A stretch of DNA of 32,000 nt from an uncultured Alphaproteobacteria bacterium (lineage in GTDB: Bacteria > Pseudomonadota > Alphaproteobacteria > Rhizobiales > Aestuariivirgaceae): assembly GCA_963792525.1 (NCBI GenBank), contig CAWBWK010000002.1, forward strand, positions 642,285-674,284. Direction: 5' to 3'. Below, one piece after another: positions 1 to 9,333 of this stretch. A program made the translations under genes and the position numbers. The notes beneath the pieces were generated by a model. That model worked only from the letters and a program-made list of their open reading frames with translations. It was not told the origin of the DNA and made no database searches. Within the stretch, counting starts at the first letter, position 1; each line of letters begins with the position of its first letter.

Positions 1-104
1 CCCACTGCTGCAACACACACAAATGCCGCAAGAAGACCTGCGCCGGTGGAGATGTCTCCACGCGGCGTCAGGTAGCGGTCAACAAGTGTGTTCAACCATG
101 GCAT
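1..104 (-). CDS. ABC transporter permease, N-terminal fragment (runs off the window)
   Basis: ATG at 104-102, 7 nt after the stop of the upstream binding-protein gene. Translation MPWLNTLVDRYLTPRGDISTGAGLLAAFVCVAAV has a hydrophobic permease-like N-terminus. Operon context supports the call. Confidence 0.45.
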   Translation of the reverse strand, partial: MPWLNTLVDRYLTPRGDISTGAGLLAAFVCVAAV

Positions 105-111
105 TGCTCAA

Positions 112-1083
112 TCAGCCGCCATAGACATTCTGCTCGATCAGGTCCTGGGGCGTCACTTCGACTTGCACTTTCTGGAAGCCTTTCCAGATTTCAATGGCGT
201 CCGCGACGGTCTTGTGCAGCGTCCCGTCAGTGCCTGCGGATCCAAACAGCGTGGCATTGGCAGCTTTATCAAGATACTGGATGCCACCAGCGGCAGCTTT
301 GAAGTCGTCAGGTTTTTCAATCCAGCCACCCACACCTTTAGCCATTATCGCATAGCCTTCGTCGGGATTCGCTTTCAGGAAATCCAAGGCACGGTACCAA
401 GCGCGTGCAAAACCGCGCAGATCAGCCTCTTTGGCCTTTGCTGTCTCACCTGTTGTTGCCAACACATCGACAATTACACCTGGCAATTCCGCACTTGAAG
501 CGAGGAGGTGGCCATTTGCCGAGGTGGCCCCAAGACTGAGTGCAGGTTCCCATGTCACAGCTGCGTCCACTTGGCCGGCCACAAATGCCGTGCCAGCGTC
601 GGCCGCCGTCATGCTCACGGCCTCGACGTCGGCCTGTGTCAAACCATTCTTCTTCAAAAGCACGTTCAAAAAGAACTGAGAAATTGAGCCTTGCTCGAAT
701 GCAATTTTTTTGCCTTTCAATCCGGCGATGGTCGTAATGTCTTTTGTAGCGACGACGCCATCACCACCATTGCTGTAGTCAACCGCCATGAAGTAACGCG
801 CGGATTTCCCCGGTTGCAGATAGATCGGAAATTCGTCCGATGTTGAAGCCGCAATGTCAATTTGCCCCGCAAACAACGCGCCCATTTTGATGGCTGTGTC
901 TTCCATGATTGTGAACTCGACATCAACGCCTTCTTCCTTGAAGTAGCCCTTGTCCAAAGCAATGTAGAATGGGCCATAGCCCACCCATGTGGAATGACCG
1001 AGTTTTAGCGTCCCTGCTTCAGCAACAGAGCCGAATGCCATCAATCCTGCGATGGCAGCACCGGCGAGTAATGTCTTCAACAT
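112..1083 (-). CDS. ABC transporter periplasmic substrate-binding protein, NMT1/THI5-like (NitT/TauT family)
   Basis: ORF 112..1146 trimmed to the ATG at 1083, which follows a GGAGGA Shine-Dalgarno. MLKTLLAGAAIAGLMAFGSVAEA is a Sec signal peptide. The body (LKLGHSTWVGYGPFYIALDKGYFKEEGVDVE, AAVTWEPALS) is typical of the family by recall. Confidence 0.85.
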   Translation of the reverse strand: MLKTLLAGAAIAGLMAFGSVAEAGTLKLGHSTWVGYGPFYIALDKGYFKEEGVDVEFTIMEDTAIKMGALFAGQIDIAASTSDEFPIYLQPGKSARYFMAVDYSNGGDGVVATKDITTIAGLKGKKIAFEQGSISQFFLNVLLKKNGLTQADVEAVSMTAADAGTAFVAGQVDAAVTWEPALSLGATSANGHLLASSAELPGVIVDVLATTGETAKAKEADLRGFARAWYRALDFLKANPDEGYAIMAKGVGGWIEKPDDFKAAAGGIQYLDKAANATLFGSAGTDGTLHKTVADAIEIWKGFQKVQVEVTPQDLIEQNVYGG

Positions 1084-1111
1084 GTTGTATCCTCCGAGGT
1101 TTGCGCCACAT

Positions 1112-2068
1112 TCAAGTGGAAGCGCGCGCGTGAAAAATTCGTCCAAGTGTATTCAGCAAGAGCTGGGCGGCCAAAATAGCTGTGGAGCCCGTATGGTCAT
1201 AGTCAGGGGCAACCTCAACCAGGTCAAGCCCCACAATTTGCCCGCGCTTGGCCAATCCTGCGATAAGCTCAAGACCTTCATAATAAAGAAAACCACCATG
1301 GCTCGGTGTGCCTGTGCCTGGTGCTATGGAGGGGTCAAAGCCATCAATGTCAATTGTCAGATAATAGCGTTTGCCTGCAGGGATTCGTTCCAACACGGCA
1401 TCCACACCCAGCTTGCGGAATTGACGAACAGATAGAATGTCAGAACCCATTTGCCGCGCTGTGTCATAACCCTCGCGCGCTGTTGAAGACACGTTGCGAA
1501 TGCCAATCTGTGACAGGCCCGAAACGTGATCATGATCAGCCGCGCGCCGCATGGGGCTGCCATGGCCATTGCGCACACCGTGGCGCTGATCAACAAAATC
1601 GAGATGTGCATCAATCTGCACAACATGAATGGGCGCTTCTTCTGAAAAGGCATTGATGCATGCAATGTTGATGGAATGGTCACCGCCCATCACCACGGGT
1701 AAGGCCCCAGCCTTCAAAATCTTGCGAACCCCATGTTCGATGTTCTCAAGGCTCTTGGCTTGGTCAGTGTGAACAATATCAGCATCGCCAATGTCAACGA
1801 TACGCACTCGATCGCCTGGAAGATAAACCACGTCGTCTTCATGGTCGTAGGATCCGCCATGTCCAAAAGAAAACAGTGTTGATGCCTCGCGAATGGCGCG
1901 CGGGCCGAAGCGCGCACCGGCGCGAAATTGCGTACCCATGTCCAGCGGCGCGCCAAGAACGGCAACATCCGCCTGGATATTGTCCCAATCCGTGCAAATC
2001 GGCCGTTTGCCAAAACTGCAAATTCCAACAAAAGGAAGATCAAGCCGCCCACGATCATAACTGTTCAT
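1112..2068 (-). CDS. Agmatinase/arginase-family ureohydrolase (agmatinase or guanidino-acid hydrolase)
   Basis: Mn-binding ureohydrolase motifs GGDHS, VQIDAHLDF and LTIDIDGFDPSIAPGTGTPSHGG. Start set at the ATG (MNSYDRGRLDLPF) at 2068. The TTG at 2110 is an alternative start. Confidence 0.9.
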   Translation of the reverse strand: MNSYDRGRLDLPFVGICSFGKRPICTDWDNIQADVAVLGAPLDMGTQFRAGARFGPRAIREASTLFSFGHGGSYDHEDDVVYLPGDRVRIVDIGDADIVHTDQAKSLENIEHGVRKILKAGALPVVMGGDHSINIACINAFSEEAPIHVVQIDAHLDFVDQRHGVRNGHGSPMRRAADHDHVSGLSQIGIRNVSSTAREGYDTARQMGSDILSVRQFRKLGVDAVLERIPAGKRYYLTIDIDGFDPSIAPGTGTPSHGGFLYYEGLELIAGLAKRGQIVGLDLVEVAPDYDHTGSTAILAAQLLLNTLGRIFHARAST

Positions 2069-2142
2069 GGTCAAATGTTCACTGGAATCCGCAGCTGTTA
2101 AAACAGTCAAATTCCGTGGAAAGGATCGGAATTCCCGATGTA

Positions 2143-3042
2143 TCAGCGGGGCGGTTTATCGTTTTGCAGAAGCTCCACGAATTTTTTGATCAGCTGGTTC
2201 GGTATGCGCTGCTTCATCGAAACCGCGAAAAACTGTGATTCATAGCTGAACCGCTCAGGCAGAATGGCACGCAAGTCACCACTGGAAACCCACTGCTGTG
2301 CATAATGCTCTGGCAAATACCCGAAGTATTCACCGCTCTGAATCAGGATCAGCTGTGCTTCCATGGTGTCAACAACGGCATGAGGGTCAGACAAGCCAAC
2401 GCGATTGATGTCCGAACTATGGAGATAGCGCCGAGACACAAATGCGTGTCCGTCGAGGATCTCGTGGCCGCCATCACCTTTCAAACTGAAGAGTTTGTGT
2501 TGACGCGAAACGTAGAGCGTCTGCACCTCTTGATGTAACGGCACATAGTCAAGCGTCGCATAGCGCTCTGCGTAGGGACCAATAACCACATCACGTTTGC
2601 CTTGCAGCACCTGCGCTTCCAAATCTTCCGGGCCTGCATTCAAGAAATCAACCAGTACATTCTTGGCGAATGCTCTGAAACGCCTCAGGGCGGCAGCAAG
2701 CGGCAAGTTTGGATTTGTGGCGACTGCGTCAACAGTACCAATCCGCAATATGCCGCGCGTCGAATCCGATATCGCCGAAGTGCTGGCGCTGAAGCGACCA
2801 ACGGCATCGAACAAGTCGTGACTTGCCTCGTAAACAATGCGTCCAGCCTCGGTAAGCGCAAAGCCCGAGCGCCCGCGATTGCACAGCCGCAACCCCAGCC
2901 GCGTTTCCAGTTCGCTCAAACTGGCCGAAACAGTAGACTAACTCATGTTCAATACAGCTTGCGCACCCGCCAATCCCTTGTGTTCGACAATCGTGCGCAA
3001 GATCATCAGTAGTCGCAAATCAACATGCAGCAATTGGCGCAT
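2143..3042 (-). pseudogene. LysR-family transcriptional regulator interrupted by an in-frame TAG at codon 35
   Basis: A 900-nt frame from the ATG at 3042 (GGGAG 6 nt upstream) reads MRQLLHVDLRLLMILRTIVEHKGLAGAQAVLNMS*STVSASLSELETRLGLRLCNRGRSGFALTEAG. This is a LysR wHTH with a TAG (2940-2938) where family members usually have Q. The substrate-binding domain downstream is intact. Confidence 0.7.
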
Positions 3043-3721
3043 TCATTTCTCCCAAAACTCAACGTTACACTTTGCCATATTCCGCGCGCCGTCAACTTTT
3101 GCGGTTGTCTACGTCATGCGTTGGTTTCGACAAGTGACCTCGGGGCAAAACCGCCGTCATCTGACATACGTTCGTTGAGATAGACTGCTGCAAGTGGGCA
3201 CTGAAACATCCAGCGACCTCACGAAAAGCTACCAAAGTGCGTTAATTCAGCAATAGCGATCAAGAACGACATCACCAGCTTGACCGTTTATGCCTGCTTT
3301 TTCACGTCTTTCCCAATTGAGCAAAAGGAAGGAGCCAGCTAAACGACTTCCATGACAACCAACACGCCACCAACGATGGCGCGCGGGAAAGTGTTTTCCG
3401 TTGCGCCCATGATGGATTAGGCAGACAATCCCCTGAAAACAACAAATTTGAAGGCGTCGTGTGCGCATCGCGTACAGTAAGGAAATGCGGCGCAATGCAG
3501 CCTATTGAACCGCCACGTGACCCTGCATTAAAGCTACTTCGCGCACTTGAATTTCCAATTCTACTGCTTGCTCGCTTGGACGATACATGAACGGCTGCAG
3601 CGCCAGAGCACCTTCGCTTGGACCATGCTACGGCTCGAGTTCTCCTGTGGCGGCCCTTCAATGGCTTGCTTCAAACAGATTGCGAGCCTGATGGTCCACT
3701 GGCCGGCAACATCTAATTCAT

Positions 3722-3982
3722 TTACTTTGGCAATTTAGGCAATGTTGATGCTGTATGTTTCAACGGCCGTTCCCTCCGCATCTTCGCAAACCCTCGATCT
3801 GAAGCCATGAAGCGCTCAATCATCGGCGCAATCAATTTTGACGGTTCGCCAATGGACCGCCCCGTTTCTTTTCCAAGAGTCTCGGCATATGCGAGCAAGT
3901 TACGATGTGTTGCAGCCGACAGTTCGACCGACACCTTGACCGGCTTGTCATCTTCGAGTGGTCCGAGTTTCAGTTTTGACAT
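3722..3982 (-). CDS. DUF2274-type small protein found downstream of trbI (msi021-like)
   Basis: 86 aa, MSKLKLGPLEDDKPVKVSVELSAATHRNLLAYAETLG...LIAPMIERFMASDRGF. It starts 3 nt after the trbI stop. Position and sequence match the conserved post-trbI gene of trb-type ICEs (recall). Confidence 0.7.
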   Translation of the reverse strand: MSKLKLGPLEDDKPVKVSVELSAATHRNLLAYAETLGKETGRSIGEPSKLIAPMIERFMASDRGFAKMRRERPLKHTASTLPKLPK

Positions 3983-3985
3983 GGA

Positions 3986-5191
3986 TCAGCCTCCATAGGG
4001 TTCGAGCACGAGATCGCGGGTTACTATGATGCGCACAGGAAATCCTGGCCGGACAGTCAGTGTCGGCGCAACATTGAGCTGGCGCCGCACGATCTGCTGA
4101 CCTGCGTCATTGATCGTGTCTTGGGCGCCGTTGCGGATGGCACTGATCAACCGGTCATCATTGCTAGCACCGAGTTCCGTGCCAATGCTGAGCAGAGTGG
4201 ACAAGCCAGCTGCTTTGGCAAGATCCCACCAGTGATAGTCGACGCCATCTTGCAGGCCCGCAAAACCTTCGGCATCGGCACCTGGCTGACGCTCAAGCAC
4301 GATGGAGCGACCATTGGGAAAAATGAGTCTGTTCCAGACGAGGAGCACACGGTTTTGCCCAAACTGCACATCGCTATCGTATTGACCGATGATACGTGTG
4401 CCTTGCGGTACCAACAGGGTGCGTCCCGTGGGACTGTCATAGACATGTTCAGTCACCTGTGCCGTGATCTGGCCCGGAAGATCGGAGCGAATGCCGGTGA
4501 TGAGCGCTGCTGCGATCACAGCACCTGCCTGCAGCACATAAGGCGAAGCGGGTGCCGCCACGCGGTCTGTTGAGACAGTTTTGCGATCAACATTGGCATT
4601 GAGGAAGGCAAGCTGCTTGTCCTGTGCGGTGGGTGCAACTGGTGGCGGTGCTAGGCCAAGCGACGCGAGATCAGGCATTGGCACTGCCATTGGCGCTGTG
4701 CCTTGTAGGACGGGCGACACATTCCGCGTTTCCGTGGCGGCGAAGAGTTTGCTCATCCTTGCTGCTTCGATTTCCTGCAACCGCCGCTGCTCTTCAGCAC
4801 TGATCGCGGGATCAGGCGGGACGATGTTGGGATTGGGAACAGACATTCCCCGCTTTTGCGCGTCGAGAATGGGTCGGCCAAGATCGCCGGGAAGCGGTGG
4901 TCCGAGTTTCGGGATAGTGCTATAGTCTTTTGGCAGGCCGACCAGACCATCAGCGGTCGCACGGTTCTCTGTCGAAAAGAGTTCGTCCGCCGTTTTGGTC
5001 GTATCACGCGTTTGCAAGGCATAGATCAACGCGCCACCCAACACGAGGCTGGTGACACCTCCCAGTCCCGCCAGCACCTTGCGCGACAGACGCGTGACGC
5101 GGGGCGCATCACCGCGCAGGCGCATCGGCTTTTCTGTATCTTCGGCAGGCTCGGTTTTTATTTGCCCTGAAGCGGTGTAAGGATCGCTCAT
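3986..5191 (-). CDS. trbI: P-type conjugative transfer protein TrbI (VirB10 homolog)
   Basis: 401 aa with an N-terminal TM segment, a Pro-rich linker and a C-terminal VirB10 barrel (GTRIIGQYDSDVQFGQNRVLLVWNRLIFPNGRSI). ATGA overlap with the trbG stop. Confidence 0.9.
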   Translation of the reverse strand: MSDPYTASGQIKTEPAEDTEKPMRLRGDAPRVTRLSRKVLAGLGGVTSLVLGGALIYALQTRDTTKTADELFSTENRATADGLVGLPKDYSTIPKLGPPLPGDLGRPILDAQKRGMSVPNPNIVPPDPAISAEEQRRLQEIEAARMSKLFAATETRNVSPVLQGTAPMAVPMPDLASLGLAPPPVAPTAQDKQLAFLNANVDRKTVSTDRVAAPASPYVLQAGAVIAAALITGIRSDLPGQITAQVTEHVYDSPTGRTLLVPQGTRIIGQYDSDVQFGQNRVLLVWNRLIFPNGRSIVLERQPGADAEGFAGLQDGVDYHWWDLAKAAGLSTLLSIGTELGASNDDRLISAIRNGAQDTINDAGQQIVRRQLNVAPTLTVRPGFPVRIIVTRDLVLEPYGG

Positions 5192-6186
5192 GACGCGGGC
5201 TTTCCATCGGTGCGAACAATACGCACGCGCTTCTGGGCCTTGCTGGAGCCAAGGCGCAGCTCGGCTGCCGCAAAGAGCCGGTCAACAATCATGTGATGGC
5301 CGCGAATGCGGTAGTTGACGAGTTCGGAAGTATCACCTTCCGGCCCGACGATGAACAGCGGTGGCATCTCACCCTGTCCAATGCCGCGCGGAAACTCAAT
5401 GAACACCTGTCGGCCATCATCATAGGCGCGTAGAGGCCGCCACGGTGCACGGTCACCTTCGATTGCGTAGCGGAAATTGACGCGCGCGAGATCGACATCG
5501 GTTGCGATGGGTTGGGCCGCTTCGGCCTGCGCATTCTGGCGGCGGAGTGCGATGAGTTGATCCTCTGGATATTGCCAGGAGACCGAGGCCATATAGGTCG
5601 CTCCGGTTGAGCGCAGCTCCAGATGATAGGTGCGAAGGTTCGTATTGATGACAACGTTAGTCGTGAGATCTACGCGCGTCGGTTTGACGAGAATATGAAC
5701 CTGCCGCGTCTGGCCCGACCCGCTTTCGGTGTCGCCGATGATCCAGCGTACGGTATCACCGGCGGCAACCGGGCCGGACCCTACAAGTTGTTCACCCGGC
5801 TGCAATGCGATGTCGGTGATCTGACCGACAGCGGTATAGACTTGATAGAGCGCACCTTGCGTGAAGGGATAGACTTGCATCGCATTGATGAAGCCGTCGC
5901 GCACCGGCTGGATGCGTGCCAATGCATTCGCATCGGCGACACGCACCGTCGGCTCAGCCGCTTCTGGTTTTTTGCGGGACTTGGCCACCGGCTTCAATTG
6001 GCCGGGCAGAGGCAGGGGTTTTGGCAGCTCGACCACTTCGACAGGTGCTGGTGGATCGAAGCTCTCAACGGCGGGTGCCGCATTGTCGTAAGAAATCTCC
6101 GGTGGCTTCCGGTGCGATGTGCAGCCGGCAAGTGCTGTTGCGGAGAGAAGTAAAGTGGTGAGAATGAGTTTGTAAGGGTGTGTCAT
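5188..6186 (-). CDS. trbG: P-type conjugative transfer protein TrbG (VirB9 homolog), lipoprotein
   Basis: 332 aa with lipobox LLLSATALAGC. VirB9/CagX-type body. ATGA overlap with the trbF stop. Confidence 0.9.
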   Translation of the reverse strand: MTHPYKLILTTLLLSATALAGCTSHRKPPEISYDNAAPAVESFDPPAPVEVVELPKPLPLPGQLKPVAKSRKKPEAAEPTVRVADANALARIQPVRDGFINAMQVYPFTQGALYQVYTAVGQITDIALQPGEQLVGSGPVAAGDTVRWIIGDTESGSGQTRQVHILVKPTRVDLTTNVVINTNLRTYHLELRSTGATYMASVSWQYPEDQLIALRRQNAQAEAAQPIATDVDLARVNFRYAIEGDRAPWRPLRAYDDGRQVFIEFPRGIGQGEMPPLFIVGPEGDTSELVNYRIRGHHMIVDRLFAAAELRLGSSKAQKRVRIVRTDGKPAS

Positions 6187-6866
6187 TGTCCAAGCTCCCG
6201 GGACCAGTTGATGGCGTTGACGTAAATGCCGAGCGGATTGGCGCGAAGCCTTTCGGCATTGCGCGGTGTCTCCAGAACGATGGTGAGAATGGCGGTCCAG
6301 CGCGCGGTGACAGAAAGCTGGCCATTCTCATAGGAGCGCTCGACCCAGGCAACGCGGAAACTTTCCGGAGAGGCACGGATCACGCTCGAAACCTCAACCG
6401 CGATCTGCTGTTTGCCGACTTTGGCGAAGGGATCGTTGACGCGGGCATAATCATTGAGTGCTGTCGCGCCGCGATCGGTGGTGAACTCATAGGCGCGAAG
6501 CCAGTTCTGCCGGACGATGATGGCATCGGCTGGAATGGCACGGACCTGCTCGATGAATCTCGCGAGATGAAAAGCGATCTGCGGGTCAGTCGGGCGAAAG
6601 TCAGCAACTGCCGGGGTCACGGCCTGTGCCTGGCCGAGCCGGTCGACTTGCACCACCCAAGGCACGACAGAGCCTCGCGCCGATTGCCAGATAAGTGCTG
6701 TCGCAAAGCCGCCCGCGAGAACGAGCGAAGCGAAGGCCATGAGACGCCAGTTCCTGGCTTGGACGCGGGCCGAACCGATGCGGTCATCCCAGACTTGGGC
6801 TGCACGCTGATAGGGCGTCACGGGTTCTGGCATTTTGCCGTAGTGGGTTGATGGGCGTTTGAACAT
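6183..6866 (-). CDS. trbF: Conjugal transfer protein TrbF (VirB8 homolog)
   Basis: ORF 6183..7049 trimmed to MFKRPSTHYGKMPEPVTPYQRAAQVWDDRIG (ATG at 6866). The upstream part of that ORF is really the out-of-frame trbL tail. One TM segment followed by a VirB8 fold. Confidence 0.85.
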   Translation of the reverse strand: MFKRPSTHYGKMPEPVTPYQRAAQVWDDRIGSARVQARNWRLMAFASLVLAGGFATALIWQSARGSVVPWVVQVDRLGQAQAVTPAVADFRPTDPQIAFHLARFIEQVRAIPADAIIVRQNWLRAYEFTTDRGATALNDYARVNDPFAKVGKQQIAVEVSSVIRASPESFRVAWVERSYENGQLSVTARWTAILTIVLETPRNAERLRANPLGIYVNAINWSRELGQ

Positions 6867-8190
6867 CAGCGGTCCCTTTCTGAAAGATTGACGGAAGAGC
6901 CGCCGCCATGGGCATCGCCGCTGCGGATGGCGTGAGCCGCCGTACTGACACCATGGCTCATGGCTTGTGCAGCGCTTCATGCGCTTGGCCCAGGCGGGGG
7001 CTGGATCGGAAGACGTGGTTCCGCCGCCACCTGACGCAGTTGGGGACATGCCACCTGTCGCTTCAGCTGCGTGACGACCGCCAGTCGCTGAAACTCGATT
7101 GCATGCTTGCGGATGCGCGCTTCAATGGCGAAGACACGGCACTGCCAGCAGCACGCACCATGCCACCTAAACCTCCGCCCACACCTTTGAGACCGGATTG
7201 GCCAGCGGCTCCAAGGCTGTAGGAGGTTGCAGCACCTCCTGCGAGGGAGGCACCACCGCGTGCGGCGGCGGCTGTTCCCGAAGCAAGCGCTGATCCTGCT
7301 GATGCAACACCACCCACACCTGCTGCTGCGACCGCCGCCACGCCACCCGCAGCAAGTCCAGTGCCAACAGCACTGCCAGCGCCCAGCTGCGGACCACCTG
7401 ATACAAGACCATTGGCGATGCCAGGACCGAAGATGCCGAGGCCCAGCAACGAAAGTGCCGCAAGCACAATCGCCATCGCTTGATCAATGGTGGGCGTGTT
7501 GCCGCCAAAGCCCGCCGTAAACTCGGAGAAGAGCGTCGAACCGATGCCGATGATCACGGCCAGCACCAGCACCTTGATGCCAGAGGAGATGACATTGCCG
7601 AGCACGCGTTCGGCCATGAAGGCGGATTTGCCGAAGAGGCCAAAGGGAATGAGAATAAAGCCTGCCAGCGTTGTCAGCTTGAACTCGATCAGCGTGACAA
7701 AGAGCTGGACGGCAAGGATGAAGAAGGCGAGCAGCACCAGCACCCAGGCAAACAGCATGCAGGCGATCTGGATGAAGTTCTCGAAGAAACTCCAATAGCC
7801 CATGAGATCGGAAATGGATTCAAGCAGTGGCCGCCCGGCATCAAGCCCGGTTTGCGCCACTTTGCCGGGGCGCAGAAGATCAGCCGTTGAAAACCCGGTG
7901 CCCGAGGCTTTGAGACCAATGCCAGCAAAACTCTCGAAGACAATTTGTGCGAGGTAGTTCCAGTTGCTGATCAAATAAGCGAAGACGCCAACAAACAGCG
8001 TCTTCTTGATGAGCCGGGCCATGATGTCGTCGTCTGCCCCCCAGCTCCAGAACAGGGCGGCGAGTGTCACGTCAATGATAATGAGTGTCGTTGCGATAAA
8101 AGCGACTTCGCTGCCAAGCAGGCCAAAGCCGCTGTCGATGTAGCGGGTGAAAACCTCGAGGAAACGATCAATGACGCCAGTATCGCCCAT
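6866..8190 (-). pseudogene. trbL: Conjugal transfer protein TrbL (VirB6 homolog); multi-TM core intact, C-terminal tail split by two frameshifts
   Basis: ATG at 8190 (GGAGCGAG upstream), MGDTGVIDRFLEVFTRYIDSGFG. The intact frame stops at 7063. The conserved tail continues one frame over (SATGGRHAAEATGGMSPTASGGGGTTSSDPAPAWAKRMKR). It then shifts one frame again (AQAMSHGVSTAAHAIRSGDAHGGGSSVNLSERDR*) and ends in a TGATG junction with trbF. Total length is 1325 nt, i.e. 3n+2. Confidence 0.8.
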
Positions 8191-8194
8191 GGTG

Positions 8195-8554
8195 CTACTC
8201 GCTCCGACCAAGGGTGGGGGATGCGTCCAGCGGGACTTGCATCAACTCGGGCCAGTTGGAGTTTTTGTGGATGACGGTTTTGTTGCGCGGCTGGTCGGAA
8301 CGTGCCGTATCGCCAAGGAAGCGGCGGCGCGCCGTCGCCCAGGCCGCAAGACACGTTGCATCGCGCGGACCCGCCTCCCCAAGTTCCTGGCAGCGCGTGA
8401 GTTCTGCCCGAAGCGGATCGGTGACTGGCGGTGCTGGTTGGGCGATGCTTGGGTCCTGCGCCTCGTCCTTGCGCACCAGTCCCATCGCGGTCGCTGTGAT
8501 GGCAAACGCAACAAAGACGACTGCTCCGATCTGCGCCACGGTTTGTCCGGTCAT
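8195..8554 (-). CDS. trbK: Putative entry-exclusion protein, TrbK-alt family
   Basis: MTGQTVAQIGAVVFVAFAITATAMGL...DPLRAELTRCQELGEAG...CLAAWATARRRFLG resembles the TrbK-alt proteins found between trbJ and trbL (recall). GAGGG lies 8 nt before the ATG at 8554. Confidence 0.55.
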   Translation of the reverse strand: MTGQTVAQIGAVVFVAFAITATAMGLVRKDEAQDPSIAQPAPPVTDPLRAELTRCQELGEAGPRDATCLAAWATARRRFLGDTARSDQPRNKTVIHKNSNWPELMQVPLDASPTLGRSE

Positions 8555-8565
8555 CGGCTTTGCCC

Positions 8566-9333
8566 TCAATTGCCGTTTCGAAACATTTGGGCGTTGCCGG
8601 GCTGGTAGCCGGTGCCGGGTGCGAGAAAGCGGCGGCGCTGTTCGCGGCCTTGTTCGGCGGCGGTGGCGCGTTCTGCTTCAATGAGGGCCTGCGAGCGCCC
8701 ATTGGCGGCGAGTACAGCCGCGACATCGGAGAGCTGGCTGGTTTGCAGGGCCAGAATCTGATTGCCGGCCTGTGCTGCTTGCAGGGCACCGGTTGCCGCT
8801 TGGCTGCGCTCCACAAGCGCTGACATCTGCACGCGGTTGGCATCGATGTTACCGACCACACCGGCTTGGACCCGCATGGCATCCTGCAGCCCACCGACAG
8901 TGTTCTGCCAGCGTGTGCGGGCGTCGGTGACGAGCTGCTGATCTGAGGCCGAAAGTGCCACGTTGCCATAGGTCGACGTGAAGGCTTGATCGATCTCCTG
9001 AACGTCAAAGGCAATACTTTGTGCTTCCGCCAGCAGGCCTTGCGTGCGCTGCACTGACTGTTGAAGTTGCTGGAGTGCTGAGAAGGGCAGGCTCGTGAGA
9101 TTGCGCGCCTGATTGATCAGCATCTGGGCTTCGTTTTGCAGCGACGTGATCTGATTGTTGATTTGCTCCAGCGCACGGGCTGCCTGCAACACGTTTTGTG
9201 CGTAGTTGGTGGGGTCATAAACAATGCGGCCCCAAAAGGCTTGGGCAGGTAACGCCACGAAGGGTGCTATCACGATTGGAACAGTCATCAATGCGGCGGC
9301 AATGCGCGCGATGCGGAGGGAACGAATGGTCAT
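8566..9333 (-). CDS. trbJ: P-type conjugative transfer protein TrbJ (VirB5-like)
   Basis: 255 aa with a signal peptide ending PAQA-FWG. Coiled-coil body (YDPTNYAQNVLQAARALEQINNQITSLQNEAQMLINQARNL). ATGA overlap with the trbE stop. Confidence 0.85.
   Translation of the reverse strand: MTIRSLRIARIAAALMTVPIVIAPFVALPAQAFWGRIVYDPTNYAQNVLQAARALEQINNQITSLQNEAQMLINQARNLTSLPFSALQQLQQSVQRTQGLLAEAQSIAFDVQEIDQAFTSTYGNVALSASDQQLVTDARTRWQNTVGGLQDAMRVQAGVVGNIDANRVQMSALVERSQAATGALQAAQAGNQILALQTSQLSDVAAVLAANGRSQALIEAERATAAEQGREQRRRFLAPGTGYQPGNAQMFRNGN

Noticed and set aside
3302-3661. 119-aa and 82-aa minus-strand ORFs in the LysR/DUF2274 spacer
   Set aside because: Highly basic, low-complexity translations with no ribosome-binding site or motif. 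The region is treated as non-coding or decayed.
6180-6851. 223-aa plus-strand ORF
   Set aside because: It lies antisense to trbF and has no motifs. It is an open-frame artefact of GC-rich DNA.
7063-7520. Gly/Ala-rich repetitive DNA at the 3' part of trbL as a possible tandem repeat or contingency locus
   Set aside because: It encodes the low-complexity Gly/Ala linker typical of TrbL proteins. No exact repeat unit is discernible.
8067-9014. 315-aa ORF on the minus strand spanning trbJ, trbK and the trbL start
   Set aside because: It is an alternative frame of well-supported genes. Its Pro/Ala/Arg/Ser-rich composition without motifs is typical of spurious long ORFs in GC-rich DNA.
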